Source: Vulcanimicrobiota bacterium (GTDB lineage Bacteria > Vulcanimicrobiota > Vulcanimicrobiia > Vulcanimicrobiales > Vulcanimicrobiaceae). Taken from it: a DNA stretch of 64,000 bases. Each line of letters starts with the position of its first letter. Position 1 is the first letter of the stretch. Below, piece by piece: positions 30,684 to 40,720 of this stretch. The DNA lies in NCBI GenBank assembly GCA_963736475.1, contig CAVTOQ010000007.1:16807-80806 (forward strand). Direction: 5' to 3'. Made by a program: the position numbers and the translations under genes. The notes below the pieces were generated by a model. It worked only from the letters and a program-made list of their open reading frames with translations. It was not told the origin of the DNA and made no database searches.

Positions 30684-31260
30684 ATGCTCCAACTCTCGGA
30701 GATCTTCTACAGCATTCAAGGCGAGGGGACGTGGACCGGGACGCCGGCGGTCTTCGTGCGCCTCGCCGGCTGCAATCTGGCGTGCGATTTCTGCGACACC
30801 GATTACTCGACGAAGTTCTTCGCATGCCGTCGAAGAAGTCGTCGGCGCGGTCCGCGAGATCGGCGGCGAGTGCCCGATGGTCGTGCTGACGGGCGGCGAG
30901 CCGCTCGCGCAGGCCGAGACGCCGGCGCTGATCGAGGCGCTGCGCGCGGACGGCCGGCGCGTGCACGTCGAGTCGAACGGCACGATCTTCGCCGAGCTGC
31001 CGGACGACGTGTGGCTATGCGTCTCGCCGAAAGAGCGCGTCGACCAGCGCATGGCGGGGCGCGCCAACGAGGCGAAGCTGATCGTCGACGCGCGCGTGCC
31101 CGAAGAGCATCTCGCGCTCTTTGCCGACAAGCCGACGATCCTGCTGCAACCCGAGGGAAACAAGCCCGCCAACGTCGCGCTGGCGCTCGACTACGCGAAG
31201 GCGCATCCGCGCCGCTTCCGCCTCTCGCTGCAGACGCACAAGTTCATCGGCGCGCCGTGA
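30684..31260 (+). pseudogene. queE: 7-carboxy-7-deazaguanine synthase QueE, frame-disrupted near 30830-30875
   Basis: The N-terminus [39 protein letters not shown] carries the radical-SAM cluster Cys residues. The C-terminal part [11 protein letters not shown]...[12 protein letters not shown] lies in ORF 30877..31260. Confidence 0.8.
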
Positions 31261-31865
31261 TCCTGCTCGCCTGCGCCGTCGAGGCCGAGCTCGCGCTTCT
31301 GGAAGCCGCGCGCCGGCGTCGAACGTCTCGTTACCGGCGTCGGGCCGGTCGAGGCCTCGTGCGCGCTCACGCGCCGAGCTCTGCCGGCAGCCCGTACCGG
31401 CTCGTCGTCAACGCCGGCCTGGCCGGCGCATTCGACGGCGCCGCGGGCATCGGCGACGGCGTCGTCGTCGACAGATGACTCGATGGAGATTGCGCTCGGA
31501 GACCGGCACGCCGCTGGCCCTGCCCCACGGCGAACGCACCGTCGAACGGGCCCGATTCGGATCCCGAGCTCGTCGCACGCGCTCGCGCGCCGCGGGCTTT
31601 CCGGTGGTGCGCGGCATCACCGTCGCGCGCGTAACGTCGTCGGAGCCGACGGCGCGGCGTCTTGCGGCCGAACTCGGCGCACAGGTGGAATCGATGGAAG
31701 GGTTCGCGGCGCTGCGCGCCGCGGAGCGCATGGGCGTGCCGGCCATCGAGGTGCGCGGCATCTCGAACCGCTGCGGCGAGCGCGAGTCGCAGCGGCTGGG
31801 ACTTCGAGGCGGGAATGGCGCGGCTTGCGCGCGCGTCGCACGCGCGTTGTTCGAGATCGTCGTAA
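31257..31865 (+). pseudogene. mqnB: Futalosine hydrolase MqnB (nucleosidase family), frame-disrupted
   Basis: GTG 31257 overlaps the queE stop (GTGA). Recognisable stretches are [40 protein letters not shown] and PAIEVRGISN, spread over ORFs 30684..31478, 31121..33688 and 31662..31865. Confidence 0.65.
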
Positions 31866-32702
31866 TGGCGCTCACGCTCGCGTATTCGCCGTGCCCCAAC
31901 GACACGTACATCTTCGCGGCGCTGACGAACGGACTGCTGGACGGCGCGCCCGAGGTCCGCGTCCACCTCGCCGACATCGAGGAGCTCAACGATGCGGCGG
32001 CGCGCTCGCAGTTTGAGCTCACTAAGGTGAGCTACGGCGCGATCCCCTACCTGATGGATCGCTACCGCATTCTTCCCTCGGGCGGCGCGCGTCGGGCGCG
32101 CGCTGCGGACCGCTGCTCGTGGCGCGCCCCGCGACGTCGCCGCCGCTCTTCGCCGACTTCGCGCGGCGCCGGATCGCGATCCCCGGCGAGCGCACCACCG
32201 CGTTCATGCTGCTGCAGCTCGCGCTGGGCACGCCGGCCGAAGACGGTACAGATGCGCTTCGATCGATCGTCGGACGCGGTGGCGGCCGGCGAGGTCGACG
32301 CCGGGCTGATCATCCACGAGTCGCGCTTCACCTATCGCGAAGCCGGGCTCATCGCGATCGCCGATCTCGGCGAATGGTGGGAGAACATGACGTTACTGCC
32401 GATTCCGCTCGGCGCCGTCGTCGTGCGTGACGACGTCGACGCCGAGCAGGCGCGGCGAGATCGATGCGGCGATCCGGAGGAGCCTCGCGTTCGCCCGAGC
32501 GAACGAAGCCGCGGTGATGCCGTACGTTCGGGAGCACGCCGTAGAGATGAACGACGACGTCATGCGCGCCCACATCGAGCTATACGTCAACGAATTCACC
32601 GACGATCTGGGCGAAACCGGACGCGACGCGGTCCGGGCGCTCTTCGCCCGTGCGCACTCCGCTCGCATTTTGAAAAGAGACGCCGAACCATGTTTCGCTT
32701 AA
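31865..32702 (+). pseudogene. mqnD: 1,4-dihydroxy-6-naphthoate synthase MqnD (futalosine pathway), frame-disrupted
   Basis: ATG 31865 overlaps the mqnB stop (TAATG). MALTLAYSPCPNDTYIFAAL and GLIIHESRFTY lie in ORF 31121..33688. The tail EIDAAIRRSLAFARANEAAVMPYVREHA... lies in ORF 32427..32702. Confidence 0.7.
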
Positions 32703-33688
32703 AGTCTCTTTTCGCAGCGTGCCTCGTCGCCGCAGGGGGCTGCGGCGGCTTGATCAGGAGCACGCCACCGGCGGCTCCGCCGGCCGCGCAGCTGCCGGCT
32801 TCCGCCACTTCATATTTGTACGTAGCGGATAATGCGAATCGTCGATCTGCCGAAGTCGACGTGCTGCTGCGAAACGATTTCTCTAAGGGGATCGTTGACC
32901 GGTACAAAAGCCGACTAATGCAGTATCCGGCGGGAATCTTCGTCGACGCAAGCGGGCAGCTCTACGTCCCCAACGAGAACGATAGCGGACACGACACCGT
33001 CTACGCGTTTGGGAGGAACGAGCACCACCCGACTCGCGTCTATCGCGGGATTGAGTGCGCCGGCGACGTCGTCGTTGGAGTGGAGGGCACCGTCTACGTC
33101 GCCGATCCGTGCGGAACTAATAATCACGGCACCGTGCATATCTTCGCTCGGGGCCACACGAAACCGACGCGCGAACTCCATCCCGGCTGCGCTCCAGCCG
33201 CGCTGACGCTGGACGACGAGAACGATCTCTACGTCTCCTGCGCCTTGCCGCACAGCTACTGGAGCCAGGTCAGACGTTTCGCTCCCCACTCCAGCGAGGG
33301 CGTGAACCTCTTGCCCCGCCAGGAGGTGCGCCTCGCCGGCCGCATCGCGCTCGACCGCCACGGCGATTTGCTCGTCAGAGACTTCGGGCGCGGTGCTATC
33401 GACGTTTTCACCGGCGAGAAGCGAGCGCCGGCGCGGATCATCAAAACGGGTCAGACCGACCCGGGAAGCTTCACGCTCGACCCGCATGAAGACAGGCTCT
33501 ACGTGACGGCCGAGTACCTCCCCGACGCGCGCACGGCGAGCAGGAGCGGATTCGAGCGCCCCAACACGTTGGTCGTGCTCGACTATGCGAGCGGCAAACG
33601 GCTGCACACCCTCCGCCGGCTCGTGAAGGGCTGGCTGCCGGCGGGCGTCGCCGTCTATCCGCCCGCGCCGTTCGGCGCGCGGTTCTAA
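32690..33688 (+). CDS. Lipoprotein, probable beta-propeller (NHL/YncE-like repeats)
   Basis: In-frame ATG 32690 within the chimeric track ORF 31121..33688. The signal plus lipobox reads MFRLKSLFAACLVAAGGC. Motifs of the type LYV.D recur. The 332-aa ORF is intact. Confidence 0.7.
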   Translation: MFRLKSLFAACLVAAGGCGGLIRSTPPAAPPAAQLPASATSYLYVADNANRRSAEVDVLLRNDFSKGIVDRYKSRLMQYPAGIFVDASGQLYVPNENDSGHDTVYAFGRNEHHPTRVYRGIECAGDVVVGVEGTVYVADPCGTNNHGTVHIFARGHTKPTRELHPGCAPAALTLDDENDLYVSCALPHSYWSQVRRFAPHSSEGVNLLPRQEVRLAGRIALDRHGDLLVRDFGRGAIDVFTGEKRAPARIIKTGQTDPGSFTLDPHEDRLYVTAEYLPDARTASRSGFERPNTLVVLDYASGKRLHTLRRLVKGWLPAGVAVYPPAPFGARF

Positions 33689-33699
33689 CCGAAGCCGTA

Positions 33700-34926
33700 G
33701 TGCGGCGAGGAAGCTTCATCGCCGGCGGTGCCGCACTCGGCGTTGCAACGGCCGCCGCGGCCTCAGCCCAGCCGCTGCAGTCTGCGCGGATCGAGCTCGG
33801 CGACGACGTCTTCTTGCGCGCCACGTGGCGCGATCTTCGCGGCCGCACCGTCGGCGTGATCGCGAACCAGAGCGGCGTCACCTCGGCACTCGAGTCGGTC
33901 GTAGATGCGATCCTGCAGCACGGGGGAATTCGCATCAAGGCGATCTACGCGCCGGAGCACGGCTTTCGCGGCGATCAGGCCGCCGGCGCGACGATCGCGT
34001 CGTATGTCGACGCTCGCACCGGACTGCCCGTCTACAGCCTCTACGGCGCGGCGCGGCATCCCAGCGCTGCGATGCTCGAGGGCGTTGACGTCTTGCTCTT
34101 CGACATCCAAGACGTCGGCTCGCGCGCATACACCTACATCTCGACGATGGCGTACGCGATGCAGAGCGCGGCGCAATACGGTAAGGAGTTCTGGGTGCTG
34201 GACCGGCCGAATCCGGCCGGTGGAAGCGTCGTCGAGGGACCCGTGCTCGAGCCGGCCTACGAGTCGTTCATCGGACTCTACCCCATCGCGATGCGTCACG
34301 GGATGACGGTCGGCGAGCTCGCCACCCTGTTCAACGAACATTTCGGCATCGGTGCAAAGCTGCGGATCGTGCGCATGAACGGATGGCAGCGCCGGATGAT
34401 CTGGCCCGACACGGGCCTGCGGTGGGTTCAGACGTCGCCGAACATCCCGCGCTGGCAGACGACGATCGTCTATCCCGGCATGGGCCTCGTCGACACAGTC
34501 GGCATCAACAACGGCAGTGGTTTCACCAACCCGTTCTTCCTCGCCGGCATGGTCGGCATCGACGGCGAGCAGCTCGCGGAGCGGTTGAACGCGCGCGCGC
34601 TGCCGGGCGTCCTGTTCCGGCCGACGGCGTGGTCGCCGGACTCGGGGTTTTGGGCGGGCCGCGAGCTGACGGGCGTCGAGCTCCAGCTGGTCGACCCACG
34701 GCGCGTGCTCGCCGTGCGAACGGCCGTCGAAATCCTCGTCGCCGTGCGCGACCTGTTTCCCAAAGTCATCCGGATCAAGAGCGTTGCCGGCCTCGATCGC
34801 GACTGGGGCACGGACTCGTTTCGCCAAGCGTTCCTCGCCGGCGAGGGGGCCGATGCGATTCTCGATCGGTGGGCGGCCCGCGTCGCAGCGTTCAAAGCGC
34901 TGCGCGAGCGTTACTTCCTGTACTAA
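33700..34926 (+). CDS. DUF1343 family protein (YzbB/NamZ-like exo-muramidase family), secreted
   Basis: Intact 408-aa ORF with a Tat-like leader MRRGSFIAGGAALGVATAAAASA. Family-typical stretches are YAPEHGFRGD, DIQDVGSRAYTYIST and LDRPNP. Confidence 0.85.
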   Translation: MRRGSFIAGGAALGVATAAAASAQPLQSARIELGDDVFLRATWRDLRGRTVGVIANQSGVTSALESVVDAILQHGGIRIKAIYAPEHGFRGDQAAGATIASYVDARTGLPVYSLYGAARHPSAAMLEGVDVLLFDIQDVGSRAYTYISTMAYAMQSAAQYGKEFWVLDRPNPAGGSVVEGPVLEPAYESFIGLYPIAMRHGMTVGELATLFNEHFGIGAKLRIVRMNGWQRRMIWPDTGLRWVQTSPNIPRWQTTIVYPGMGLVDTVGINNGSGFTNPFFLAGMVGIDGEQLAERLNARALPGVLFRPTAWSPDSGFWAGRELTGVELQLVDPRRVLAVRTAVEILVAVRDLFPKVIRIKSVAGLDRDWGTDSFRQAFLAGEGADAILDRWAARVAAFKALRERYFLY

Positions 34927-35696
34927 TTGAGCCGACTGCGGATAACGAATCTGCGGCTGAGTTGAGTGCGCTTGCGAGCCGGCGCAGTTCCGGCTCGATG
35001 TTGCTCCCGTTGGCGCGCAGGATGTCGCGCCACATCGGAGCGTTCATGCCGGAGATGCGCAGCAGCTCGCGCGCCACCGGTCCGCGAAGCTGCTGCGCCT
35101 CCGACTCGCCCTTCCCCAGCAAATTTGCGTAGCACGATGCGACGACCTGTGGAACGTGCGACGTCAGCGCGACGACGCGGTCGTGCGCATCCGCCATCGT
35201 CGCGACCGGAACCCCGCCAAACCAACGGATGAACTCGCGGGCACGCGCATCCAAGTCGGCGTCGCCGGGCGGCACGTAGGCCCAGGCACAGCCCGTCGAA
35301 GAGATCCGCACGGGCTGCGCCCGCGCCGCTGCGCTCGCTGCCCGCCATCGGATGCGTTGCGACGAAGTTCGCGACGCGCGCCGCCGCGGCGACGACCGGA
35401 ACCTTGACGGACGCGACGTCCAGCACGAGCCCCGGCGACGGCCCCGGCCTGACGGCGAGACGCTCGAGCTCGCGCAGCGTCGGCTCGAGATGCGTCGCGA
35501 TGACCAGCGTGTTCGATCGGTTCACGAGCGTCTCGGCCGTCGCCGCGGCATCGATCGCGCCCACCGCGGAAGCCGCATCGAGCGCCGCGGGATCGGCGTC
35601 GCAGCCGATCACGTAGACGCCGCTGGCTCGCGCGCGAAGGCCGAGTGAGCCGCCGATCAGTCCGACGCCGAAGATGCCGAGCACCCTGTCGATCAC
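34892..35696 (-). pseudogene. tyrA: Prephenate dehydrogenase TyrA, frame-disrupted
   Basis: GTG 35696 overlaps the aroH stop (GTGA). The NAD fold is GIFGVGLIGGSLGL. ATHPMAGSE lies in ORF 34923..35897. The C-terminal half VALTSHVPQVVASCYANLL... lies in ORF 34892..35311. Confidence 0.7.
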
Positions 35697-36059
35697 GATG
35701 CACGCACCAGATCGGGCCGCAGCGCCGCGGCGCCGTCGAGATAGACGTGCTCGATCTCGCGCGCGGCGCGCGCGGTGTTGACGTGCATCAGCACGCGGAT
35801 GCAGCGGCCGAGCGCCCCGGGCACGTCCACCTCGGAGAAGTGCAGCATCGGAACGTACGCCCATCCCATCTCGCGCGCGGCGAGAGCAGGAAAGCACGCG
35901 CGGAGATCCGGCGTAAGGCTAAACAGGACGGAGGCGATGTCGTCGAGATCGATCTCGTTGCGCCGCGTCATCTCGCTCAGCAGCCGCTTCGTCGCGCGCG
36001 CGATCGCAACCGTGCTGTCGGCGTCAGCCGTGATGGCGCCCGGATCCCGCGGAAAACAC
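35693..36059 (-). pseudogene. aroH: AroH-type chorismate mutase; N-terminus needs two single-base corrections
   Basis: The body is GAITADADSTVAIARATKRLL...SLTPDLRACFPALAAREMGWAYVPML...GRCIRVLMHV...HVYLDGAAALRPDL. The hallmark N-terminus RGIRGAIT and GTG 36059 come into frame only if one base is added in the run at 36039-36041 and one in the A-run at 36053-36056. Confidence 0.7.
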
Positions 36060-36083
36060 GAACCCCCGCCGAGTCGGCGGGGG
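36050..36083 (-). terminator. Rho-independent terminator / attenuator immediately upstream of aroH
   Basis: The minus strand reads CCCCCGCCG ACU CGGCGGGGG followed by UUCGUGUUUUCC. That is a perfect 9-bp GC stem. The U-tract is present only in the minus orientation. Confidence 0.55.
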
Positions 36084-36134
36084 TCTGCGTTATCGCTTGG
36101 TGTCTCTTGCCAGTATCGTGCAAAACGCTTTCCC

Positions 36135-36194
36135 TCACCGACCTCGAAGGCGGCGATAGTAGAACGCGTATCCGTAGGAGCCCAAAACCCACAT
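36135..36194 (-). promoter_or_regulatory. Candidate leader peptide ORF MWVLGSYGYAFYYRRLRGR (aromatic-rich) of an aroH-tyrA attenuator
   Basis: The minus strand runs from ATG 36194 to TGA 36135-36137. Six of 19 residues are aromatic, including 4 Tyr. It lies between a TTGACA hexamer (36229-36234) and the terminator at 36050-36083. Alternative pairings are described in the findings. Confidence 0.4.
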
Positions 36195-36272
36195 GATGTC
36201 CGACTATGCAAACACACCTCGCGGTGGTTGTCAAGGACGCGCCACCGTTGCGGAGCGAAGTCTGGTGGCCTA

Positions 36273-37659
36273 ATGCTGCGGGAGCGCTTGATCGAAGCCC
36301 TGGGAATCGAGGCGGTGAAGTCGGCGCCCGAAGACCTGGCCGTCTACGCGTTCGATGCGTACACCGAGGGGGGCATGCCGTCCGCGGTGGTGTTGCCCGC
36401 CTCGACCCGCGACGTAAGCGCCATGGTGAAGATCGCCCGGGAGTTCGGCGAGCCGATCGTCGCGCGCGGTGCCGGGACCGGGCTGTGCGGCGGCGCCGTG
36501 CCGACCGCCGGCGGAATCATCCTCTCCTTCGCACGAATGAACCGGATTCTGGAGCTCGACGAGCGGAATCGCCGCGCTCGCGTGCAGGCGGGAGTCATCA
36601 ACCTCGATCTTTCGCGCCACGTCGCGCAAACCGGCCTGTTCTACGCCCCCGACCCGTCGTCGCAACAGATCTCGACGATCGGCGGCAACATCGCCACGAA
36701 CGCCGGCGGCCCGCACTGTCTCTCCTACGGCACGACGGTGAATCACGTGCTCGCGCTCGAGGTCGTGGACGACTGCGGCGAAGTGTTTACCACGAGCGTC
36801 GACGATGCCGGTTACGATCTCACCGCCGCGCTCGTCGGGAGCGAGGGAACGCTCGGGATCGTGACGTCGGCCTGGCTGCATCTGCTCGCCTTTCCCGAGG
36901 CGGTACGGGTCTGGGTCGCCGCGTTTGCGGACATCGATTCGGCTTCGGAGGCGGTCTCGTCGATCGTCGGTGCGGGAATCGTCCCGACGGCGCTCGAGAT
37001 GATGGACGCCGTGATCACCCAGGCGGTGGAGGCCGCGTTCGCTGCCGGATATCCGACGGACGCGGGCGCGGTGCTGCTCGTGGAACACGCGGGTCTGGAG
37101 GAAGACGTCGCTGCGGTCGAGGCGGAAATCCACGACATCGCCGTGCGGCACGGCGCGCGCTCGTGGCGCAGCGCGCGCATCCGCCGCGGAACGCGCCGCG
37201 CTGTGGGCGGGGCGTAAGGGTGCGGCCGGGGCGACGGGACGCATCGCGCCCAACTACTACACGCAGGACGTGTGCGTTCCGCGCAGCCGGCTGCCGCAGG
37301 CGTTGCGCGCCGTCGAGACGGCGGCCTCCGCAAACGGAGTCACGGTCGGCAACGTCTTCCATGCGGGCGACGGAAATCTCCATCCGCTGTTGATGTACGA
37401 CAAACGCGATCGCAGGCAGGTCGCGGCCGTCGTGGAGACGGGGAACGCGATCTTGCAGTCCGCGATCGATTTGGGCGGTACGATCAGCGGAGAACACGGC
37501 ATCGGCTGGGAGAAGCGCGACGCGATGACGCGGGTGTACTCGACGGCAGACCTCGCAACGATGGCGCGCGTGCGCGACGTGTTCGATCCGACGCGCGCGC
37601 TCAATCCGGAGAAGATCTTTCCGAATGGAGCCCGCTGTCCTGAGGTCGCGCCGCCATGA
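36273..37659 (+). pseudogene. glcD: FAD-linked oxidase, glycolate oxidase subunit GlcD-like; frame-disrupted near 37150-37270
   Basis: ATG 36273. The FAD-binding region PIVARGAGTGLCGGAVP and GGNIATNAGGPHCLSYG lie in ORF 35775..37217. The C-terminal part VFHAGDGNLHPLL and SGEHGIGWEKR lies in ORF 37270..37659. Confidence 0.8.
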
Positions 37660-38880
37660 CCGTGACGCAAGATCGCGTCAGGCCGGAAAGCGCCGGGGCG
37701 GTCGGCGAGCTGGTCGCGCGCTGCGACGCCGCCGGGCAAAAGGTCTGCGATCGTCGGCGGAAACACGCTCGACGGCATGGGCTTTCCGCCGGAACGGGCC
37801 GATGTCACGCTCGAGACGACGCAGCTGGCCGGAGTCGTCGCGAACGAACGCGCCGACCTGACGATCGCCGTGCGCGCCGGAACGCCGCTTCGCGACGTCG
37901 TGACGCTGCTCGCGGCGCAGGGACAGTTCGTTCCGTTCGACGCGCCGCAGCCGCACTACGCGACGATCGGCGGCACGCTGGCGGCGGGCTGGCTCGGGCC
38001 ACGTCGCCATCTGTACGGCCGCGTGCGCGATTACGTCATCGGCTCGACGATCGTCTTGGCCGACGGGACCATCGCGCGTGCGGGCGGCATGGTGGTGAAG
38101 AACGTCGCCGGCTACGACATGAGCCGGCTCTATGTCGGATCGTTCGGCACGCTCGGCGTGCTCGTGCAGGCGAATTTCAAGACAGCCCCGTTGCCGCAGC
38201 ACGCGCGCCTCTTCCTCGCGCCGCTTCCGGAGCGCACGCGCGAGCGCGCCTGCGCCCAACTCGCAACGATGGCGCTTCGGCCGGCTGCCGCGTTCTGGGT
38301 CGTGGGCTTTACGAACGCGATCGACGGCGAGGACGGCCCGGAGGGCCGCATCGTCGTCTTGGTCGAAGGCAGCGACGCGCTGCTCGAGCGCGCGACTCGC
38401 GACCTGCGTTCGGCGCTGGGTCGAGCCGGGCGTTCCCGAGACGCGCGTCGTCGACGCGGGCGCACGCGAGGCGTTCGAGCGCGTCGTGGACGCGTATGCC
38501 GCCTGCCTCGGCGAACGCTCGCTCACGTATCGGCTCTTCCCCCCGCGGCGCGATCCGAGCGATGCGCCCTGCGCCCTGCAGGAGCTCGCGGGGCGCTTCG
38601 GCCTCCGCGGAGAGAGCATCGTCGACGTGATGAACGGCGACGTCGTGTTGCGCGTCAGCGGTCTCGATGCACGCACGCTGGGCGCGAAGATCGAAAACTT
38701 CGACGACGCGCTGCACGAGCGGAACCGCGCGCGCAAGTCGTCGCCGGCAAACATTCCCACCGCCCGTACCTGCGCGTCTGGGGCGAGGCGCCGGCCGCGA
38801 TCGAGCAGATGCGCGCGCTCAAGCTGCGCTTCGATCCCAACCGAACGTTGAATCCCGGCCGCTTCGTGGGCGGCATCTGA
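37656..38880 (+). pseudogene. FAD-binding oxidase subunit, GlcE-like; several frame disruptions
   Basis: ATG 37656 overlaps the glcD stop. ATIGGTLAAG and VKNVAGYDMSRLYVGSFGTLGV lie in ORF 37777..38880. The middle lies in ORF 38132..38851. The tail ALKLRFDPNRTLNPGRF is in ORF 37777..38880. No glcF-like Fe-S subunit follows. Confidence 0.7.
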
Positions 38881-38893
38881 AAGACTCGATGGC

Positions 38894-39733
38894 GTGAACG
38901 TATTGCTGTTGGGCGGCTCCGGCTTCGTCGGCCGGCACCTCGCGGCGGCGCTGCGCGAGCGCGGCGACGCGGTGACGATCGCGTCGCTGCGCGATCCGGC
39001 CGCCGCGGCGCGCGCCGCCGCCGCGTGCGACGCCGTCGTCAACCTCGCGGGCGAGGCGATCGCGCAGCGGTGGAACGCGGCGCTCAAGCGGCGCATCAAG
39101 AAAGCCGCGTAGACGCCCCACGACGCTTTCTCGAGCTGGTCGCGCAGAGCTCGCGGCGTCCGGCCGTCTACGTGAGCGCCTCGGCTATCGGCTATTACGG
39201 CACGAGCGAGACGGCGACGTTCGTACGAGGAGAGCCCGCCGGGAAACGACTTCTTGGCTCGCGTGTGCGTCGCGTGGGAACGCGAGGCGGGCCGCGCAGG
39301 CGAGCTCGGCATGCGCGTCGCGATCGTGCGAACGGGCGTCGCGCTCGGGAACGACGGCGGTGCGCTGAGCAAGATCCTGCCGCCGTTTCGCGTGGGCGCC
39401 GGCGGTCGCGTCGGCAGCGGGCAACAATGGCTCTCGTGGGTGCACATCGATGATCTCGTCGGCATCTACCTCATGTCGCTCGACGGCGTCCAGGGCGCGG
39501 TCAACGCATGCGCGCCGAATCCCGTCACGAACTCGGAGTTCACCGAGGACTTCGGCGCCGCGCTGCATCGGCCGGCGAAGTTGCCCGTTCCGACTCTCGC
39601 GCTGCGCGCGCTGCTCGGCGAGGGCGCCGACATCTTGCTCACCGGACAGCGCGTGCTGCCGCGCAGAACCGAGCTGCTCGGCTATCGCTTTCGGTTTCCC
39701 GAGCTCAAAGCGGCGCTAGCGAATCTACTTTGA
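38894..39733 (+). pseudogene. NAD-dependent epimerase family protein (YfcH / DUF1731-type), frame-disrupted
   Basis: GTG 38894 gives VNVLLLGGSGFVGRHL, a Rossmann motif. The middle lies in ORF 39025..39453. The C-terminal part GSGQQWLSWVHIDDLV...LLTGQRVLPRR lies in ORF 39254..39733. Confidence 0.7.
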
Positions 39734-40648
39734 ACTCGAGCGCCTCGAGGTATTTCTCCGCATCCATCGCGGCGCGGCACCCGCGCCCGCCGCGGTTATC
39801 GCTTGGCGGTAGCGGAAATCGTTGACGTCGCCGGCCACGAAGACGCCCTCGATGTTCGTCGAGGTACCGTCCGGCGAGGCGACGTAGCCGCGTTCGTCGA
39901 GGTCGAGCTGGCCCGCGAAGACGGCGGTGTTCGGCGTGTGACCGATCGCGACGAAGAGTGCGTCGGCCTCGACGTCGTCGACCGTGCCGTCGAGGACGTT
40001 CTTGATGCGCAGCCCGGTGACGTGCGTGTCGCCGAGGACCTCTTCGATCGACGGTGTTCCAGAGAACGCTGATCTTTCGTGCGAAGCACGCGCGTCGGCC
40101 ATGATCTTGCTCGCGCGCAGTCGATCGCGGCGATGGACGACCGTGACCGTCCTGCCGAAGCGCGTGAGAAACAGCGCTTCTTCCGCCGCCGAGTCGCCGC
40201 CGCCCGCGACGAAGATGCGCTTGTCTCGGAAGAAGGCGCCGTCGCACGTCGCGCAGCTCGAAACGCCGCGCCCGCGCAGCCGCTCTTCTCCGGGAATCTC
40301 CAGCCAGCGCGCGCTCGCGCCGGTGGCGACGATGACCGTTTCGGCCTCGTAGCTGCGCGTCCGCGCGTGCGCACGATGAGCGGCCGGTTCGCGAAGTCGA
40401 CCGACTGTCACGTCGACGTTCTCGATGCGCGCGCCGAAACGCTCGGCTTGTTCGCGAAAGCGGATCATCAGATCGGGGCCCATGATGCCCTCGGGGAAGC
40501 CCGGGTAGTTTTCGACCTCGGTCGTGAGCATGAGCTGGCCGCCGTAGAGGCCGCCGGCGAGAACCAGCGGCTTCAAGTTCGCTCGCGCCGCATAGACGGC
40601 GGCGGTCAGGCCGGCCGGGCCCGACCCGATGATGATCACGCGTTCCAT
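39705..40648 (-). pseudogene. trxB: Thioredoxin reductase, at least 4 frame disruptions including compensating pairs
   Basis: ORF 39725..40648 carries MERVIIIGSGPAGLTAAVYAAR, the redox-active CATCDG, GGGDSAAEEALFLT and VFVAGDV. Three short stretches, including the C-terminus GCRAAMDAEKYLEAL, are readable only in ORF 39705..40736. Confidence 0.85.
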
Positions 40649-40720
40649 CCGGTTCTCTTCGACTCGGCGTCGCGCATCCCGGTTGCAGACAGTTCGTCGC
40701 GGCTCGTCGAAGCGTGGCGC

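Noticed and set aside
31121-33688. 855-aa plus-strand ORF
   Set aside because: It is a composite of out-of-frame queE, parts of mqnB and mqnD, and the genuine lipoprotein gene (ATG 32690). Only the last 332 codons are a real single gene.
36086-36270. T-box riboswitch as an explanation for the aroH leader
   Set aside because: The only GGUGG-containing stretch (AACGGUGGCGCG, about 36240-36250 on the minus strand) lacks the UACCGCG part of the T-box consensus. It also lies upstream of the putative promoter, far from the terminator. No specifier-loop-like stem is evident. The leader-peptide model fits better.
37656-38880. Absence of a glcF Fe-S subunit after glcD/glcE as a sign of a novel oxidase system
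   Set aside because: Two-subunit or single-subunit FAD-linked 2-hydroxyacid oxidase/dehydrogenase loci are common. glcF could be elsewhere, and the disrupted state of both genes prevents any finer inference.
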